Assembly: GCA_038231135.1 (NCBI GenBank)
Contig: JBBRLX010000006.1
Span: 32,001-96,000 of the forward strand
Length of the DNA stretch: 64,000 nucleotides
Origin: Candidatus Eiseniibacteriota bacterium
GTDB lineage: Bacteria; Eisenbacteria; RBG-16-71-46
Reading direction: 5' to 3'
The position numbers and the translations under genes are program-made. This document shows positions 58,461 to 64,000 of the stretch, piece by piece. Within the stretch, counting starts at the first letter, position 1. The number at the start of each line of letters is the position of its first letter. The notes under the pieces are model-generated. The model did no database searches, was not told where the DNA came from, and saw nothing but the letters and a program-made list of their open reading frames with translations.

Positions 58461-59497
58461 GACTGCGCCTGGGAGTCGTCGCCGCGTTGTTGCTGACGTT
58501 CGCATCGGAGCCGCAGGTCTCGCTGGGCGCCGCCGCCGCGGGCACGGTGCGCGCCGCGTACTGCTACGGCTACATGAGCCCGTCGCACGTCGATTCGCTC
58601 GCGGCTCACGGGTTCACGCGCGCGATCGTCCACACCATCTCCGACTCGATCGACGCCCGTAGCGTCACCGAGTTCCGCGGCTTCGCCCTCAGGTCCGCGG
58701 CGACCGGCCTCGAGTTCGTGCCCGAGTGGCTGTTCCAGTCGGATTCCCGGCTGGCCTTGAGGCCCGCGGCGCGCCGCTACACCTGGGGGCGCGGCACGAT
58801 CGAGGCGGCGGTGCCGTGTCCGCTCGATTCCGTCTACTGGCAGCGCGCGGTGTTCGACGCGGCCGACAGCGTGCTCGCCGCGGTGCCGGGCGTGGCGCGC
58901 GTGGCGGTGGACCTCGAGTTGTACCGCGACTCGCGCCATCACTACGACGCCGGGCCGTGCCGCTGCGCGGCGTGCCTGAGCGAATACCTGGTCGCCACGC
59001 CGGCGCTCGCCGGCCGTGATCCTTCGCGGCTGGGCGGACTCGCGGGCTGGGAGGAATCGCGCGTGGCCGCGTTTCTCAGGCCGATGCTGCGGCAGTTCGC
59101 GCGGCGGCATCCGGGCGTGCGGCTCGAGGTGTTCGACCTCGACCTCGACTCGTTCGTCCACCGGGCGCTGGGGCGCGCGCTGGCGCGCACCGCCGTGCCG
59201 ACCACCGACTACACCGAGCGCACGTACAGCACCGGCAGCGGCTCGCTGCAGGCTGCGCGCGACCGGCTGCGAAGCATCGGTCTCGCCGCCACGCCGCTCG
59301 TCGGCGGGCTGTGGCTCAAGCGGTATTCACCCGCGGCGCTGGTCGTCGCGATGCATGCGATCGAGCACGCCGCCGATGGCGTGTTCCTGTTCACCACCTA
59401 CAGCCTCGTGGTCGACGCGTCGAAGCTCACCGGCGGCTACGCGCTGCAGGGTGATGCGCGCGACTACTGGAACGCGCTCGGGAGCGACAGCCCATGA
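58457..59497 (+). CDS. secreted protein, possible glycoside-hydrolase-like TIM barrel
   Basis: Signal peptide; CPLD..YW, VAVDLELY, CRCAAC and DGVFLF motifs. Confidence 0.6.
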   Translation: MRLRLGVVAALLLTFASEPQVSLGAAAAGTVRAAYCYGYMSPSHVDSLAAHGFTRAIVHTISDSIDARSVTEFRGFALRSAATGLEFVPEWLFQSDSRLALRPAARRYTWGRGTIEAAVPCPLDSVYWQRAVFDAADSVLAAVPGVARVAVDLELYRDSRHHYDAGPCRCAACLSEYLVATPALAGRDPSRLGGLAGWEESRVAAFLRPMLRQFARRHPGVRLEVFDLDLDSFVHRALGRALARTAVPTTDYTERTYSTGSGSLQAARDRLRSIGLAATPLVGGLWLKRYSPAALVVAMHAIEHAADGVFLFTTYSLVVDASKLTGGYALQGDARDYWNALGSDSP

Positions 59498-60705
59498 CCC
59501 AACCGAATCACTCAGGCATCGAGCGCCGCACCGGCCAGGAGCCGCCGATCCGCATGCTGCACGTCATCACGCGGCTGGTCCGCGGCGGCGCCGACGAGAA
59601 CACGCTGCACACCGTGCGGAGTCTCGATCCGCGCCGCTACGTCGTCGATCTGGCGGTCGGCGACGGCTCGGACGAATCGCTGCTGACGGAGTTCGATCCC
59701 GGGCGCATCCACCGGCTGCCGGAATTGACCCGCAACCCGAATCCGTTCAAGGACGTCGCCGCGCTGGTGCGGATGGCGCTGCTCATCCGCCACGGCGACT
59801 ACCGGATCGTGCACACCCATACCGCGAAGGCCGGGTTCCTCGGGCGGCTCGCGGCGGCGCTGGCGGGCACGCCGATCATCGTGCACACCGTGCACGGCAC
59901 CACGTTCCCGGACCACCTGTCGGCGCCGATGCGCGCGTTCTACGTGCTGCTCGAGCGCATCGCCGGGCGCTTCACGCACCAGTTCATCACCGTCGGCGAG
60001 GACATGCGCGCCATCTACGTGAACGCCGGCATCGGGGACGCCGCGAGCTACGAGACGATCTACTCGGGCATGCCGCTGCAGGAGTTTCTCGACGCCGGCG
60101 CGATGGACGACGCGGAACGTGCGGAACTGCGCGCCACGCTCGGCTACGGCCCCGGCCTTCAGCTCGTCGTGGTGGCCGCCCGGCTCGAATCGCGCAAGGG
60201 CCACAGCTACCTGTTCGACGCCGTCGCGCTCATCCGCGAGCGGCATCCCGACCTGCGGGTGCTGGTGCTCGGCGAGGGTCCGCTGCGCCGCGAGCTGGAG
60301 GCGCGCACGCGCGAGCTCGGCATCGACGGCGTGGTGCGGTTCTTCGGCCACCGAATGGATTTCGCGCGGGTGCTCGCGGCCTGCGACATCTCGGTACTCA
60401 CGTCGTTGTGGGAGGGCCTGCCGCGGGTGCTCGTCCAGTCCGCGGCCGCCGGCCGGCCGATCGTGACGTTCGACGTCGAGGGCGCGTGGGAGGTGGTCCG
60501 CGAAGGCGTGAACGGGCTGATCGTCCCGTCGAAGGACGTGGCGACGCTGGCGTCGCGGCTCGACCGGCTGCTCACCGACCGCGAATGGGCGCGCGCACTC
60601 GGCGCCGCGGGCCCGGCGCGCGTGACCGACCAGTGGACCGTGGAGGCGATGATCGACCGGCTGGATCGCACCTACCAGGAACTGAACGACACCCACGCCG
60701 CGTGA
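59494..60705 (+). CDS. GT4 glycosyltransferase
   Basis: RGGA, HTHTAKAG, HTVHG, RKG and SLWEGLP motifs. Confidence 0.92.
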   Translation: MTQPNHSGIERRTGQEPPIRMLHVITRLVRGGADENTLHTVRSLDPRRYVVDLAVGDGSDESLLTEFDPGRIHRLPELTRNPNPFKDVAALVRMALLIRHGDYRIVHTHTAKAGFLGRLAAALAGTPIIVHTVHGTTFPDHLSAPMRAFYVLLERIAGRFTHQFITVGEDMRAIYVNAGIGDAASYETIYSGMPLQEFLDAGAMDDAERAELRATLGYGPGLQLVVVAARLESRKGHSYLFDAVALIRERHPDLRVLVLGEGPLRRELEARTRELGIDGVVRFFGHRMDFARVLAACDISVLTSLWEGLPRVLVQSAAAGRPIVTFDVEGAWEVVREGVNGLIVPSKDVATLASRLDRLLTDREWARALGAAGPARVTDQWTVEAMIDRLDRTYQELNDTHAA

Positions 60706-60766
60706 GCGGCAGCGGACTTTAGGCGCGGCAGGCCAGGCGCCACGGGACCCCAGGGAAGGCGAAGAC

Positions 60767-61945
60767 ATGAACGTTTGGGTGGTGGGCTTCGTGGTGGCGC
60801 TTGCCGCGACGCTCAGTGCGACCCAGTTCGTGCGGGTTACGGCGCTCCTGCTGAGCGCCGTCGACCGTCCGGGAGGCCGCCGCGTGCACCTGCGACCGAC
60901 CGCGCGGCTCGGCGGCCTCGGGATCTTCTGGGGATTCGCGAGCGCGCTGCTGCTCGTGATCTACGGCAACCCGTCGTGGAAGCCGATACTCGCCGGGCGC
61001 GAGCTCGAGCTGCTGGGGCTGCTCGGCGGCTCCGGCCTGCTGCTGATCCTCGGGCTCATCGACGACGTCCGCGGGCTGGGGCCCAAGATCAAGGTCGCCG
61101 TGCAGGTCGTCGCCGCCATCCTGCTGTGGAGCGCGGGCTGGCGCGTGGAGCAGATAGGCATCCCCGGCCTGGGATCGATCGCGGTCGGGAACCTGAGCCT
61201 GCCGCTCACCGTTTGCTGGATGGTGTTCGTGACGAACGCGTTCAACCTCATCGACGGCCTCGACGGGCTCGCGTGCGGCGTCGCCATGACGATCGCGATC
61301 GCGGTGGTGTGCATGCCCGGCGCCGACACCGGCTGCGTGCTGCTCGCGGTCACGGCGCTGTCCGGCGCGCTGCTGGGATTCCTGTGGTTCAACTTCAACC
61401 CGGCGCTGATCTTCATGGGGGACTCGGGCAGCCTGTTCGTGGGATTCGTGCTGTCGGCGGTGACGCTGCGCGCCGGCAGTCACATGCCGGGCGCGTTCCC
61501 GCTGGTGCCGGTGCTGCTGCTCGCGCTGCCAATCGCGGACGCGGCGGCGGCGATCGTGCGGCGGTCCACGAGCGCGATTCGCGATGTGCGCGCGGGCGGG
61601 TCGCTGATGCGGGCCGCGGCGGCGCGGGTGTTCACCGCCGACCGGGGGCATCTGCATCACGTCCTGATCCTGGCCGGATTCACGACGCGCCGGGCGGTCC
61701 TGATGCTGTGGACCGCCTCCGGCTCGTTCACCGTGGCGGCGTGGGTGGTCGCGGCCGGCGGCCCGTGGGGCTTCGTGCTCGCCGCGGCGCTGGGCGTCAT
61801 GTGGGGCGCCACGTTCCTCGGCTACAGCCGCAGCGTCGCGTCGGGTTTGCCGGCGCTCGGGCCACCCGCATCCGTGATCGCCGCGGCCGGCGCCGCCACC
61901 ACCGCCACGCCCGACGCAGGAGCCTCGGACGATGTCGCGGCCTGA
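60767..61945 (+). CDS. MraY/WecA/TagO-family undecaprenyl-phosphate GlcNAc-1-phosphate transferase
   Basis: GLIDD, NAFNLIDGLDGL, FMGDSGS and DRGHLHH motifs. Confidence 0.92.
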   Translation: MNVWVVGFVVALAATLSATQFVRVTALLLSAVDRPGGRRVHLRPTARLGGLGIFWGFASALLLVIYGNPSWKPILAGRELELLGLLGGSGLLLILGLIDDVRGLGPKIKVAVQVVAAILLWSAGWRVEQIGIPGLGSIAVGNLSLPLTVCWMVFVTNAFNLIDGLDGLACGVAMTIAIAVVCMPGADTGCVLLAVTALSGALLGFLWFNFNPALIFMGDSGSLFVGFVLSAVTLRAGSHMPGAFPLVPVLLLALPIADAAAAIVRRSTSAIRDVRAGGSLMRAAAARVFTADRGHLHHVLILAGFTTRRAVLMLWTASGSFTVAAWVVAAGGPWGFVLAAALGVMWGATFLGYSRSVASGLPALGPPASVIAAAGAATTATPDAGASDDVAA

Positions 61946-63185
61946 TCCGCCACGCCTGTCGGTGGTGCGGGGCGGCGCCCGGCCGACGCGCGCGCCGGGC
62001 ATCGTCGATGCCGCGGTGCCACACGCGGACGATACTCGCGCCGGCCGGGGCGTCGTGCTGATCGTGATCAACGATCTCGTCACGGGCGGCGCGCAGCGCG
62101 TCGCGCTGCAGCAGGCCTCGTGGCTGTCCGCAGCGGGCTGGGATGCGCGGCTCGTCAGCCTCGAGCGCCTGACGCGGGGACCGCTCGCCGGGGAAGCCCG
62201 CGCCGCGGGGCTGCCGGTGCACCTGCTGCGCACGCCGCACGAGCCCGAGGCGCTGGGTGTGGTGCGGCTCGACCGCCTGATCGGGGCCTCGCGCCCGGTG
62301 GTCGTGCACACGCATCTCGCGATCGCCGGCGTGGTGGGCCGGGTCTGCGCCTGGCATCACGGCGTGCCGCGGCTGATGAGCACGCTGCACAATCTCACGG
62401 ACTGGGAGGAGCGCTCGCGCGATCCGCTACGGCTGCTCGATCGCCGCACGCTGCGCTGGTGCGACGCGGTCATCGCCTCCAGCGAGGCGATCCGCACCGC
62501 GATGGCGCATCACGACCCCGCACTCGCGGCGCGGGCGCGCGTGATCCACAACGGCGTCGACGCCGCGGCGTTCGCGGGGGGCGATCCCGCGGTGCGCGCG
62601 GCGACGCGGGCGCGGCTCGGGTACCCGGTGGACGCGTGCGTCGTGGGTGCGGTCGCGCGACTCGAACGCCGCAAGGGCATCGACGTGCTGGTGACGGCAT
62701 TTGCCGGCGCCCGCGCTGCGCGGCCGGAGCTGCGGCTGCTGCTGGTGGGCGACGGGCCCGAGCGCGCCGCACTCGGCGCCGCGGCGGCGGAACTCGGCGT
62801 CGCCGGTGACGTGCGGTTCGCCGGCGACTGCGGCGACGTGCGCCCGCTGCTCGCTGCCATGGACGTGTTCGCCGCGCCCTCGCGCACCGAAGGCCTGGGA
62901 CTCGCGCTGATCGAGGCGCTGGCGGCCGGGCTGCCGGCCGTGGCGTCGCACGTCGGCGGCATCCCGGAAGTGGTGGGCGACGCCGGCTGCGCGTGGCTGC
63001 TGCCGGCGGGCGACGTCGAGCAATGGAGCGCGGCGCTCGTGCGCATCGCCGCCGACCCGGCGGCACGGGCGGCGATGTCGGCGGCGGCGCCGGCGCGGGC
63101 GCGCAAGTTCTCGATCGATGCGAGCCGCGACGCGCTGACCGCGCTGTACGACGAATTCGCGCCGCCGGTGCGGATGGCGGCGTGA
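61932..63185 (+). CDS. GT4 glycosyltransferase
   Basis: GGAQR, IHNGVD, RKG, EGLGLALIEA and GGIPE motifs. Confidence 0.92.
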   Translation: MSRPDPPRLSVVRGGARPTRAPGIVDAAVPHADDTRAGRGVVLIVINDLVTGGAQRVALQQASWLSAAGWDARLVSLERLTRGPLAGEARAAGLPVHLLRTPHEPEALGVVRLDRLIGASRPVVVHTHLAIAGVVGRVCAWHHGVPRLMSTLHNLTDWEERSRDPLRLLDRRTLRWCDAVIASSEAIRTAMAHHDPALAARARVIHNGVDAAAFAGGDPAVRAATRARLGYPVDACVVGAVARLERRKGIDVLVTAFAGARAARPELRLLLVGDGPERAALGAAAAELGVAGDVRFAGDCGDVRPLLAAMDVFAAPSRTEGLGLALIEALAAGLPAVASHVGGIPEVVGDAGCAWLLPAGDVEQWSAALVRIAADPAARAAMSAAAPARARKFSIDASRDALTALYDEFAPPVRMAA

Positions 63186-64000
63186 CGGGCACCGCAATCC
63201 GCGCCGCGCCGCGCGTCACGCCGGCGCTGCTCGGCCTGGTCGCGCTGCCGGTGGCGATCATCATCGCCGCGATCGCGCTCGGCGCGCCGCCGCCGGCCGT
63301 CGCGGCCGCGCTGGCGCTGGCGATCGCTCTCGGGGTGGTGGCGCGTCCGCTGCGGCGTGCGGGACTCGCGAGCGCATGGATGGTGCTGCTGCCGTTCACG
63401 ATCCTCGCCGGCGAGGTCACGGCGATCTCGCTGGGCGGCCAGAGCGGGCGGATCCTGTGGGCGGACCTGTGGGTCGGACTCGGCCTGCTCGTGCTGCTGG
63501 TGCGCGGCCGGTTCGTGCTCGACGTGCCGCGCGCGCCGCTGCTGGTCGCGACGCTGCCGTTCCTGGCGTGGTGCACGCTCGGGCTGCCGCTCGCGCGCGA
63601 TCCGCTCACCGCGATCGCCGAGCTCAAGGAGTGGGTCGTCGCACTCGCGGCCGGGGCGTGCGCGGTGCGCTGGGTGACCACCCGCATGCGTGCGCGCGTG
63701 CTGCTCGGCGCGACCGTGCTCACGGGCGTCGTGCTCACCGTCCTGATGGCCCATGTCGCGCTGCACGACCCGCGCGGATTCGCGATCGCCGTGCTCACCA
63801 AGAACGTGGATCTGCCGTGGGGGAAGTCGAACTACCTGGCCGGCCTGCTGCTGCTCGGATTCCCGGTGGCGCTCGGTCTGATGGGCTCGGCCGCGGGCGT
63901 GCGGGAGGGTGCCATGTGGCTCGCCGCCGCGGTCGTGATCGCGCTCGGGCTCGCGCTGTCGGCGTCGAAGGGCGCCGTGCTCGCCGTGGCGCTGGCGTGC
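63182..64000 (+). CDS. O-antigen ligase/Wzy-like membrane protein, truncated by the window end
   Basis: GTGA overlap with the GT4 gene; hydrophobic frame open to the window end with WGKSNYLAG and SASKGA motifs. Confidence 0.75.
   Translation, partial: MTGTAIRAAPRVTPALLGLVALPVAIIIAAIALGAPPPAVAAALALAIALGVVARPLRRAGLASAWMVLLPFTILAGEVTAISLGGQSGRILWADLWVGLGLLVLLVRGRFVLDVPRAPLLVATLPFLAWCTLGLPLARDPLTAIAELKEWVVALAAGACAVRWVTTRMRARVLLGATVLTGVVLTVLMAHVALHDPRGFAIAVLTKNVDLPWGKSNYLAGLLLLGFPVALGLMGSAAGVREGAMWLAAAVVIALGLALSASKGAVLAVALAC

Overview
High-GC bacterial chromosome segment from a diderm organism: it carries LPS and outer-membrane genes plus a secreted FG-GAP protein with a FlgD/T9SS-like tail. An FCB-related lineage such as Ca. 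Eisenbacteria is a guess, not something the sequence demonstrates. About 50 CDS and 3 tRNAs are supportable. The main finding is a hidden selenoprotein that the ORF track splits in two. ORF 1515..2939 encodes a signal peptide, a degenerate UshA/5'-nucleotidase-like domain with a C-G-U motif (in-frame TGA at 1671 followed by a SECIS-like hairpin) and a C-terminal domain with four CxxCH motifs. It heads an apparent operon with cystathionine beta-synthase and cystathionine gamma-lyase. Other notable items: a Cyc2-like monoheme cytochrome-porin fusion, a hydantoinase/oxoprolinase A gene with no canonical start codon, an SPFH/ribbon-helix-helix operon with a palindromic operator, a tRNA-Ser/Ser/Arg cluster with an att-like duplicated tRNA 3' end and an internally deleted TIR-like relic, a protealysin/emfourin pair behind a structured leader, and the start of a Wzy-type polysaccharide locus. 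All product calls come from motif recognition by eye; no searches were run.
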